A stretch of 64,000 nt of DNA from an uncultured archaeon (lineage in GTDB: Archaea > Asgardarchaeota > Thorarchaeia > Thorarchaeales > Thorarchaeaceae), in the NCBI GenBank assembly GCA_964458565.1, contig CAYWJO010000003.1, positions 32,001 to 96,000 on the forward strand, written 5' to 3'. Both the position numbers and the translations under genes were made by a program. Positions 56,164-64,000 of this stretch are shown here, in pieces. Positions within the stretch are counted from its first letter, which is position 1. Every line of letters begins with the position of its first letter. Under the pieces are notes generated by a model that saw nothing but the letters and a program-made list of their open reading frames with translations, made no database searches and had not been told where the DNA came from.

Positions 56164-58146
56164 TCAGTGAAGTCTACGCCAGAAGTAAAGGGTCCCGAGC
56201 CCTACAGGAATGAGTGTAAATAAGATTAACATTATAATAGTGTTGATCTTCGGATTGTGGTCAGGTCCATCGGGTTCTAGATCTATATCATTGTCTGGAA
56301 CCAACGGATCCAAACCCTCTTGGAGCTCTAGCAGGTCTCGTAGTCCATCTTGATCCGTATCATCGTTCAACGCATTCATTCCGAGCTGGTACTCCATAAA
56401 ATCTGGCACACCATCATAATCTCCATCAACAGACCGTGGATCCGAACCATACAGATATTCCTGGATGTTTGTCAGATTGTCACCATCAAGATCAAGTGCT
56501 GAATCATTCAGTAGAGGATTTGTCTGGAATACCACTTCCCACTCATCTAGCATAGAATCCATATCTGTATCATTCAATCCTGGGTGAGTTCCAATCCGAA
56601 TCTCTCGCTGGTTCAGGAGACCATCTGCATCTTTGTCCTCTCGAGCATCACGACGAAGGGGTTCAAGCCCATAGAGGACTTCATTGTTATCGCTCATACC
56701 ATCTCGATCGGTGTCAGGATGAAACATGTCAGTATCATAAGCGAGTTCATCCATATCGCTCAAACCGTCATGATCCCAGTCAAGAGGAGGGTCAGGATCG
56801 GGCCAATGGTATTGTTGAGAGTCGAGTATACCGTTTCCATCTGTATCAGAATTATAGAAGAGGTCCAATTCTAGTTTCACAGTCTCATTCCCTGAGTTTC
56901 TTGCATAGATTGCAATTTCTCCAATTCCGGTTGCATTCTCTGCAGTCAATGAAAAGTTATCGTCCTCAATAAGAGTCAGGGGAATCACTGGCGAGCTGGA
57001 ATGTGTTATTCTAACAAGAATGCTTTCGTTTTTCGATACTGTACCATTTATTGTAAGTGTTTGTGAAATTGATAACACTGCGCGAAGGTAATCAAACTCA
57101 TTGGGTTGAAGAGTGACATACATTTTCTGATGTGTCGGTTCACCGTTACCCTGCATTGCGAGATATACAGCTGTAGCTGCCCCAGCTTTTGCAGCAATTA
57201 GAGCTTGGGTGTAATTATAATCAGCACTGCCAAGTGCATCTTGAGGTGGAAATTCAGGATCAGGTACCTGACCTTGATGAACATGAACAGCAGGAATTCC
57301 TGCAGCCCAATACTTCCAGTGGTCAGATTGAGTGTAAGCCTCATAAACAGAAGTAGCGATATTTAGTCCACTCTTCTTCATGAAGCTGACAAAGATGTCA
57401 CCAAGATACTTGGACCGTTGGTAATTTAGACCTTCATCTATTTTATAGTCTACGTGTATCCTATCGGACTCGTCTTGGTTGGAGTCATAGAATAGAAGGT
57501 CAGCGAAATTATAATTAGCAATAACATCAATGCCTTGCGAATCAAAATAATCAACAATCTCCACAGATCCCCACATTGCCCGTAGACCTGTCAGAGCATC
57601 AAGTATCACCCAACTCCCTTGGTAAAAGCAATAGTAAATGTCAATCGGTAACCTGAACTGCGATACAGCTTCAGCAATTGTTGTCACAACTCCACATCCT
57701 ATTGAATTAGAGTTAATTTGAGGACCTATGCTTTCTCTAGTATCTAAATTTGCTCCGAAGACAATTGCTCTGCTGTCGTTTCCATATCCTGGCTGATATG
57801 CAACTATAGATTCATGGTTACCAAAATATGCTGCAGTTAGACCCATTCCTTCAAGCTGTTCAATAAGATAATCTCCAGCCGCATAATAATCTGAGCTTGG
57901 ACCATACCGATTAGGGAAGGAAGCCACCATGCTGAACGGAGTAAGCAAATCTCCAATGTCAATTGAATCCCATGCGATATCCCACCAGTTGAGATTGTTC
58001 AACGATGAATAATTGATATTTGTTCCACCAGTTCCCCCACCATTGTCATCAGTATCAGGGGGAAAAATTGATGGATATAGCAACCAGAGTGCTCCTGATG
58101 CGACAACAATAATTAAAGCAATTGCAGCTAACCTTCGTCGATTCAT
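56164..58146 (-). CDS. M28-peptidase-like domain plus thrombospondin type-3-like Asp repeats, hydrophobic segment at both ends (paralogue 1)
   Basis: VFGANLDT, SDHW; repeated DxDxDGL.D..E...G.DP. Confidence 0.75.
   Translation of the reverse strand: MNRRRLAAIALIIVVASGALWLLYPSIFPPDTDDNGGGTGGTNINYSSLNNLNWWDIAWDSIDIGDLLTPFSMVASFPNRYGPSSDYYAAGDYLIEQLEGMGLTAAYFGNHESIVAYQPGYGNDSRAIVFGANLDTRESIGPQINSNSIGCGVVTTIAEAVSQFRLPIDIYYCFYQGSWVILDALTGLRAMWGSVEIVDYFDSQGIDVIANYNFADLLFYDSNQDESDRIHVDYKIDEGLNYQRSKYLGDIFVSFMKKSGLNIATSVYEAYTQSDHWKYWAAGIPAVHVHQGQVPDPEFPPQDALGSADYNYTQALIAAKAGAATAVYLAMQGNGEPTHQKMYVTLQPNEFDYLRAVLSISQTLTINGTVSKNESILVRITHSSSPVIPLTLIEDDNFSLTAENATGIGEIAIYARNSGNETVKLELDLFYNSDTDGNGILDSQQYHWPDPDPPLDWDHDGLSDMDELAYDTDMFHPDTDRDGMSDNNEVLYGLEPLRRDAREDKDADGLLNQREIRIGTHPGLNDTDMDSMLDEWEVVFQTNPLLNDSALDLDGDNLTNIQEYLYGSDPRSVDGDYDGVPDFMEYQLGMNALNDDTDQDGLRDLLELQEGLDPLVPDNDIDLEPDGPDHNPKINTIIMLILFTLIPVGLGTLYFWRRLH
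56344..56799. repeat. 456-bp direct repeat, copy 1
   Basis: Identical by eye to 58451-58906 (offset 2107). Confidence 0.92.
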
Positions 58147-58267
58147 TTGAAAGAGTCCTCAATGGTGGTTTTCGCTAAGAATGTCCGATAGTGACTCACA
58201 TAAATATGCGCCGAAAGGAGCACAAGTTTCATTGATAATACTTCCTTTTTTCCAAGCAAAAATTCTT

Positions 58268-60277
58268 CTATTGTCGAACACGGCGCCAGAAAATAAAGGT
58301 GCCAATACTCACAGGTACTAACGAAACCAGAACCAGAACTAGTAGTGTATTGACTCTTGGATTATGATCAAATCCATCGATTTCGAAATCAATGTCAGAA
58401 TCCGCAACTAGAGGGTCTAACCCTTCCTGTAATTCGATAAGGTCTCTTAATCCATCTTGATCCGTATCATCGTTCAACGCATTCATTCCGAGCTGGTACT
58501 CCATAAAATCTGGCACACCATCATAATCTCCATCAACAGACCGTGGATCCGAACCATACAGATATTCCTGGATGTTTGTCAGATTGTCACCATCAAGATC
58601 AAGTGCTGAATCATTCAGTAGAGGATTTGTCTGGAATACCACTTCCCACTCATCTAGCATAGAATCCATATCTGTATCATTCAATCCTGGGTGAGTTCCA
58701 ATCCGAATCTCTCGCTGGTTCAGGAGACCATCTGCATCTTTGTCCTCTCGAGCATCACGACGAAGGGGTTCAAGCCCATAGAGGACTTCATTGTTATCGC
58801 TCATACCATCTCGATCGGTGTCAGGATGAAACATGTCAGTATCATAAGCGAGTTCATCCATATCGCTCAAACCGTCATGATCCCAGTCAAGAGGAGGGTC
58901 AGGATCAGGCCAATGATATTGCTCAGAGTCGGATATTCCATTTCCATCAAGATCAGATTCGTAGAAGACATTAAGTCTAAGTTGTACAGCATCATTACCC
59001 TGATTGATCACTTTAATCAGAAGAGGACCTAGTGTTACGTTGATTGAGCTACCAAGTGTGAAGTTTATGTCCGTGATCAATGTTGAGTTAAGAATCATGG
59101 TTCCGGATTGGGAAATCTGTACATACACACTCTGGTTATCTGAAACAATTCCCTCTAATCTCAACCGCTGGGGAATCGATGTTACCATACGGAGAATCTC
59201 AACATCTCCAGCGTCCATATCATAATACATCTTTTGTCGAGAGATTTCACCATTACCTTTCATACCCAGATAAACTGCAGTTGCAGCAGCTGCCTTTGCA
59301 GCGATGATAGCTTGAGTATAGTTATAGTTGGGGGTACCAAATGAATCTACGACCGTGAAATCTTCATCACGTATCTGTCCCTCATGTATATACAACGCAG
59401 GATATCCAGAGTCCCAGAACTTCCAATGATCAGATTGTGAGAACTCGTTTTGAACTGCAGTAGCTATATTCAGACCGGATTTTTTCATAAAAGATACAAA
59501 GATGTCAGCGATGTATTTTGTCTCATAGTAACCATGTGTGGCAAGGTTTCGATAATCTACATGAATTCTATCCTCTTCGTTCTGTAGCGGATCTCTAAAC
59601 AACATCTCAGCAAAATTAAAGGACGCAATAACGTCTATCTGCTCCTCCTGAAAATAAGTCGTGATTTCTTCTGCACCCCATAATCCTCGGATGATATTAT
59701 TGAAGTCGGCACCTTCTATAACCCAGCTACCTTGATAGAAACAATAGTAGACATCAACAGGTAATCTGAATTGTGAGATTGAAGATGCTATTGCTGTCAC
59801 AACACTGCATCCAATCGCATTCCGATTGATTTGAGGACCACCTGACTGCTGTGTATCTATATGAGCTCCAAAGACAATGGCTCTGCTATCATTAGCATAA
59901 CCAGGTTGAAATGCAACAACAGATTCGTAATTACCAAAGTAAGATACTATCAGACCCATTCCTTGTAAGCGGTCAATAAGATATTCACTAGATTCATAAA
60001 AATCAGAAGATAGACCATAACGATTAGGATAGGCTGCAACTGCCACAAGGGGATCAAATATATCACCATATTCGATGAAGTCCCAAGCCATATCCCACCA
60101 ATTGAGATTATTAAGATCAGAATAGTTCACAGTTCGCTCATTTTCATTTTCACTGTCTTTATCGAGGTCATCAGATAGTAGATTTGGATAGAATACCCAG
60201 AATGTTGCTGTAGACACTATAACAACGATTGCGACGATGGAAAACAATCTTCGACGGTTCAATATACTAGACCTCAA
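58268..60277 (-). CDS. M28-peptidase-like domain plus thrombospondin type-3-like Asp repeats (paralogue 2)
   Basis: VFGAHIDT, SDHW; same repeat block as paralogue 1. Confidence 0.75.
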   Translation of the reverse strand: MRSSILNRRRLFSIVAIVVIVSTATFWVFYPNLLSDDLDKDSENENERTVNYSDLNNLNWWDMAWDFIEYGDIFDPLVAVAAYPNRYGLSSDFYESSEYLIDRLQGMGLIVSYFGNYESVVAFQPGYANDSRAIVFGAHIDTQQSGGPQINRNAIGCSVVTAIASSISQFRLPVDVYYCFYQGSWVIEGADFNNIIRGLWGAEEITTYFQEEQIDVIASFNFAEMLFRDPLQNEEDRIHVDYRNLATHGYYETKYIADIFVSFMKKSGLNIATAVQNEFSQSDHWKFWDSGYPALYIHEGQIRDEDFTVVDSFGTPNYNYTQAIIAAKAAAATAVYLGMKGNGEISRQKMYYDMDAGDVEILRMVTSIPQRLRLEGIVSDNQSVYVQISQSGTMILNSTLITDINFTLGSSINVTLGPLLIKVINQGNDAVQLRLNVFYESDLDGNGISDSEQYHWPDPDPPLDWDHDGLSDMDELAYDTDMFHPDTDRDGMSDNNEVLYGLEPLRRDAREDKDADGLLNQREIRIGTHPGLNDTDMDSMLDEWEVVFQTNPLLNDSALDLDGDNLTNIQEYLYGSDPRSVDGDYDGVPDFMEYQLGMNALNDDTDQDGLRDLIELQEGLDPLVADSDIDFEIDGFDHNPRVNTLLVLVLVSLVPVSIGTFIFWRRVRQ
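58451..58906. repeat. 456-bp direct repeat, copy 2
   Basis: Identical by eye to 56344-56799. Confidence 0.92.
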
Positions 60278-60448
60278 CTTTCAGTGGAAATGAATCAGAT
60301 TGGTCAGGAATTGCATAAATATGAGCTGAACAGCGTAACATTACAAAATCACTAATTCTAGGAATGTGAAAAAAAGTGCGACTTGGCCAAGTTAATAAAG
60401 AATAATGCAAGTTGAATAATATTCTACGACAATGCACCTGAACACGGA

Positions 60449-61570
60449 GTGAAACCAATGCTAGAAGACAAATGTGTACGATGTGGATCTTGTGTGAAAT
60501 TTTGCCCGATGTTCGATGCGATCGGAGAGGAGCAATATTCGCCGAGAGGAAAAATATACCTTCTTCAAGTGATGGATTTAATTGAGGACGACGAGGAATT
60601 GGCTAAGGAATTCAGGAAAGTTCTCTTTGAATGTACCATGTGTGGTCGATGCTCAGAGATTTGCGCATCTGATGTGGATTTATTGAGGATTTGGCATGAA
60701 CAGAGATTGAAGGCATTTGAAACCGCTCCGGATGAATTTGAATACCTTGAATCATTAAGAAATTCTATTGCCAATGTTAGAAACATCTATGGACTTCCTA
60801 TGGATGATAGGGCAATATATTGGGCGGATGAGATCGAGCAGGATATTCCAGAAATTGAAGATAAAATATACGAGAGAGGGAAGACCGCAGATGTTGCAGT
60901 CTTTCTCGGTTGCTTAATGTCTTTCAGAAGCACTCAGATTGATGTAGTAAGGACAATGATTCAGGGATTAGAGAGGGCAGGAATCAATTATCTTGTCATG
61001 GGAGCTGAAGAATTCTGCTGTGGGCATCCATTAGATCTTATGGGAGATGAGAAAGGGGCTGAGGAACTTAGAGAACATAACAAGGGAATCCTGAAGGATA
61101 TGGGTGCGAAGAAGGTTGTTACGGCATGCCCGGGATGTCTATATCAATTGAAGAACAATCACAAAGTTGAAGGCATTGAAGCCCTCCATCATACTCAACT
61201 ATTTGATCGTCATTATGAGAGCCTACCTACTCTTACATTATCAGATGATTTCGTGTATCATGATCCGTGCGAACTTCATCGATTATGTGACGTCAAAGTC
61301 GAACCTCGTTCTCTACTAGCAAAAATGGGAGTTAATTATAGAGACCTAGAAGTTAGTTGTTGTGGAGGTGGTGGACTTCTTCGAATGACAGACCCAGAAG
61401 TCAGTGACAAGATAATTGAACTTCGCAAACAAAAGGAAAGGCTTGCAAATACAACTGTGATAACTGCATGTCCAGCTTGCAGAGAACAACTCCTCAATGC
61501 AGAGATTGCCACTGTCGACATCTCAGAACTCCTAGAGTACAATCTTCGAACTGAGGAGGAAAATACATGA
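60449..61570 (+). CDS. Fe-S oxidoreductase with CCG domains (GlcF/HdrD-like)
   Basis: Two CxxCxxCxxxC motifs; FCCG, TACPGC, YHDPC, SCCGGGG. Confidence 0.9.
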   Translation: MKPMLEDKCVRCGSCVKFCPMFDAIGEEQYSPRGKIYLLQVMDLIEDDEELAKEFRKVLFECTMCGRCSEICASDVDLLRIWHEQRLKAFETAPDEFEYLESLRNSIANVRNIYGLPMDDRAIYWADEIEQDIPEIEDKIYERGKTADVAVFLGCLMSFRSTQIDVVRTMIQGLERAGINYLVMGAEEFCCGHPLDLMGDEKGAEELREHNKGILKDMGAKKVVTACPGCLYQLKNNHKVEGIEALHHTQLFDRHYESLPTLTLSDDFVYHDPCELHRLCDVKVEPRSLLAKMGVNYRDLEVSCCGGGGLLRMTDPEVSDKIIELRKQKERLANTTVITACPACREQLLNAEIATVDISELLEYNLRTEEENT

Positions 61571-62907
61571 AACTGAAAGACATAGCAGCAGCTGCTAATG
61601 CCTCGATGTATCATAGACCGGACTTCAAGAAAATTAAGGGAGCATTTTATCCTCGAAATGAAGATGAACTAGCTGAGGCTGTAAAAAGAGCTAGAGAGGG
61701 GGGGTATGAAATCACACCAAAGGGTGGAGGCTCAGGACTAAGCGCAGGATGTACTGGAGGCAATGCAGAACGGGTAATTGTGAGTAGTCTAAAAATGGAC
61801 AAAGTATTATCAATCTCATTGGAAGAAGGTCATGCTGATGTCCAAGCGGGAATTACACCAGTTCAGTTAAACGATATACTCGCAACCATGAGTATGAAAT
61901 TTCTAGTAACACCAAGTAGCAGAGATATCGCTACTATCGGTGGACTTATGGGAACTGATGGAGGTGGGAACGATACATGGGCAAATGGGACAATGCGGGA
62001 TAATACCCTTCATGCAAAGGTAATTCTATACGATGGTACAAAGTTGAAAGTCGGATGGGATGGAGTCGAGTGTGAAAATGAAGTCCTTGAAGCGGCATTG
62101 AACAAGAAGGGGATGAACCTTAATGACTTAGCAAGTTCGCATGGAACAATAGGTTTTGTTTCAGAGCTCAGGGTCAAGATTAAGCCACTTCCAAGGAAGA
62201 GACTCTTGGGGGGATTAGCAGAATATGAGAATGCTAATGTCCTTGGAGAGGTATTGACTACGATGATAGAAGAGAAATGTCCTATCACTTATGGTGAGGC
62301 GATTGTCGAAGCACATCCTGATGTGAGGGGTGATCTCAAACCACCACTACTAATTCTGGAATTTCCGTTCGACTATTCGTGTGATTTGAGAGAAATCACT
62401 CATTTTGAACCATTGACAAAGACAGAACTTAATCGAATGAAGGAGATACGACTCAAACTTCCAAAGCGGAATCCGAAGGATGGAGTTCAAGTGGCTCTCT
62501 TTGAAGGGTATGGATTCCATGGAGAAAATTTATTGAATATGCAAGAAGGGATCTCAGAGATAAATTCACTATTGCAGCAACATGATTTTGTACCCTTCGC
62601 AAAGTCAGGTCATGCCCCTAGCAAATGGTACTTGGGAGATAATCATCCTGCATATGGAATAGTCATGCACTCCAGAGAGATCCGTCCGCAGAACAAATCG
62701 GGAGTGGAAATTTACAAAACTGTTGAAGCATTAGTCGCAAAATGTCAAGAGCTCGGTATCACTCCTAAACCTGAACACAAATGGCCTTTTGCGGATGAGG
62801 TCAAGAAGGCAAGGCTACAAGAACTTCGTATGATTCTAGGTGAAAGAATGAACTCATTTATTTTTGAACCCAATTGTGCTTCGGAAACCCTTGCATCCAT
62901 GGTTTAG
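61567..62907 (+). CDS. FAD-binding oxidoreductase (GlcD/D-lactate dehydrogenase-like)
   Basis: PKGGGSGLS, QAGI, ATIGG, SHGTIG, EH near the C-terminus; ATGA overlap with the Fe-S gene. Confidence 0.82.
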   Translation: MKLKDIAAAANASMYHRPDFKKIKGAFYPRNEDELAEAVKRAREGGYEITPKGGGSGLSAGCTGGNAERVIVSSLKMDKVLSISLEEGHADVQAGITPVQLNDILATMSMKFLVTPSSRDIATIGGLMGTDGGGNDTWANGTMRDNTLHAKVILYDGTKLKVGWDGVECENEVLEAALNKKGMNLNDLASSHGTIGFVSELRVKIKPLPRKRLLGGLAEYENANVLGEVLTTMIEEKCPITYGEAIVEAHPDVRGDLKPPLLILEFPFDYSCDLREITHFEPLTKTELNRMKEIRLKLPKRNPKDGVQVALFEGYGFHGENLLNMQEGISEINSLLQQHDFVPFAKSGHAPSKWYLGDNHPAYGIVMHSREIRPQNKSGVEIYKTVEALVAKCQELGITPKPEHKWPFADEVKKARLQELRMILGERMNSFIFEPNCASETLASMV

Positions 62908-62927
62908 TGTGCAAGCATGGTTGTGTT

Positions 62928-63482
62928 TCAATAATAAGTCCGTTTTGGCTTGGATAAGTTATGTTTCCGGACCTTTCTCCCAAAGATAAGTCCTGCAGTA
63001 GTAGCAATCAAGCCTCCCAATACGCCAGGGATAATTATTGGTAGAGTATCTGGACCGACACCACCCGCCATACTTGCACCAACAAACGCAATAACAATCG
63101 CAAGCGGACCTAGAAGGCCGCAATAGCAAGCAGCTTCATATTCCCCGGTTTTTTGAGAATATATGTCATGCCCATATGCATCCTTTGCATAGATTGGAAC
63201 CATGGTTCCTCTGTAAGCAAATATCGCTGCAGCTATAAAGAAGACTCCGAATACACCACCAATTAAAGCGAGAATGCTGTTTTGATAGAACATGAGAGAT
63301 ATGCCAACTTCAGCGAAGCCAATTATTCCCGCTATCCCAAATAAATTTCCAGCAGTTCGAGATGTTACACCCAATACTAATGCCTCCTTAATTACGAATA
63401 GCAATTGTGTCAGTAGCAGAGCCTTGATATCTACTTTATCATTTTTATTTTGTGTGAAGATTGGAAGAATACTTTCAGTCAT
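62928..63482 (-). CDS. Hypothetical membrane protein
   Basis: 4-5 hydrophobic segments. Confidence 0.65.
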   Translation of the reverse strand: MTESILPIFTQNKNDKVDIKALLLTQLLFVIKEALVLGVTSRTAGNLFGIAGIIGFAEVGISLMFYQNSILALIGGVFGVFFIAAAIFAYRGTMVPIYAKDAYGHDIYSQKTGEYEAACYCGLLGPLAIVIAFVGASMAGGVGPDTLPIIIPGVLGGLIATTAGLIFGRKVRKHNLSKPKRTYY

Positions 63483-63524
63483 CCCTCTCTGTAGGTGCTT
63501 AAATACCCTTTACGAGACAAAAAG

Positions 63525-64000
63525 ATGATAGAAATGGTTAAGCCGCACCGCAGTCCGAAAGGACTCTTTGACCCTTACTATGTACCAGAGAATATCCTAC
63601 ACAGGGATAGAGAACTCGATCAGATTGAAGGAGTCTATTCTGACTCTTATGAGAGCGAATACGGTGTGAACTGTCTTGTTCACGGAATATCTGGAGTGGG
63701 GGCTACTGTGTTTTCAAGGTATTTTCTGACAAAGATAGTACCTCAGCAATTTGAAGCTCATACAATCTATGTGGACGCAAAGAGAAAAAGTCCTACTGAG
63801 ATTGTGAGCGAGCTGAATGATAAGATTCACAGGTTGGCAAACAGACCTATTACCGTAGCATTCGATCTTGATGTTCTTTGGATGCAATTCAAGAGAACCG
63901 CCAGTGATACTTCCAAGAGGACTGTATTTGTTCTTGATAATGTTAATGAGAACAACGAGGAAATCTACACGAAGGTAGCACAACTCTCTAAGGAGATCAA
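63525..64000 (+). CDS. Cdc6/Orc1-like AAA+ protein with degenerate Walker motifs, truncated by the window edge (absent from the ORF track)
   Basis: Manual translation: LFDPYYVPENILHRDRELDQI...LVHGISGVGAT...IYVDA...VFVLDNV; frame open to 64000. Confidence 0.78.
   Translation, partial: MIEMVKPHRSPKGLFDPYYVPENILHRDRELDQIEGVYSDSYESEYGVNCLVHGISGVGATVFSRYFLTKIVPQQFEAHTIYVDAKRKSPTEIVSELNDKIHRLANRPITVAFDLDVLWMQFKRTASDTSKRTVFVLDNVNENNEEIYTKVAQLSKEI

Noticed and set aside
56344-58906. 456-bp repeat as an IS element or DGR template/variable repeat
   Set aside because: In-frame coding in both genes, no terminal inverted repeats or transposase, no adenine-specific mismatches, no reverse transcriptase in the window
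52695-61570. Selenoproteins among the redox genes
   Set aside because: Peroxiredoxins and the Fe-S protein have Cys at the motif positions and no in-frame TGA
63714-63983. 89-aa minus-strand ORF and the many other short antisense ORFs in the track
   Set aside because: Shadows of longer motif-bearing genes on the opposite strand, here the Cdc6-like gene

Overview
Gene-dense archaeal chromosome segment with about 60 CDS. I found no rRNA, tRNA, CRISPR array or transposase. Archaeal informational genes (RFC small subunit, TFS/RpoM-like protein, aGTPBP1, RIO kinases, Cdc6/Orc1-like) occur with a TPR-longin protein, a PCI-like membrane protein and an SLC44/CTL-like transporter, which points to an Asgard archaeon, probably Thorarchaeia (inference). 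Best candidate for an undescribed system (27.6-35.1 kb): a PqqD/RRE-radical SAM-SPASM maturase transcribed divergently from a DUF2207-like single-pass membrane protein. That protein's predicted cytoplasmic C-terminus is a 49-aa Cys/His repeat (CHSA/CVSHDA units, 11 Cys, 9 His, every His in H-x-A) ending GGGR, and its gene is followed by a metallophosphoesterase and a HExxH metallopeptidase. This looks like a RiPP-type core peptide fused to a membrane protein. Other highlights: an XPB helicase near a p52/Tfb2-like partner, a Cdc6/Orc1 paralogue with degenerate Walker motifs, tandem RIO kinases behind a leader-peptide uORF, three paralogous unknown membrane proteins, and two tandem gene pairs with near-identical internal DNA tracts. 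All family calls come from motif recognition by eye; no searches were run.
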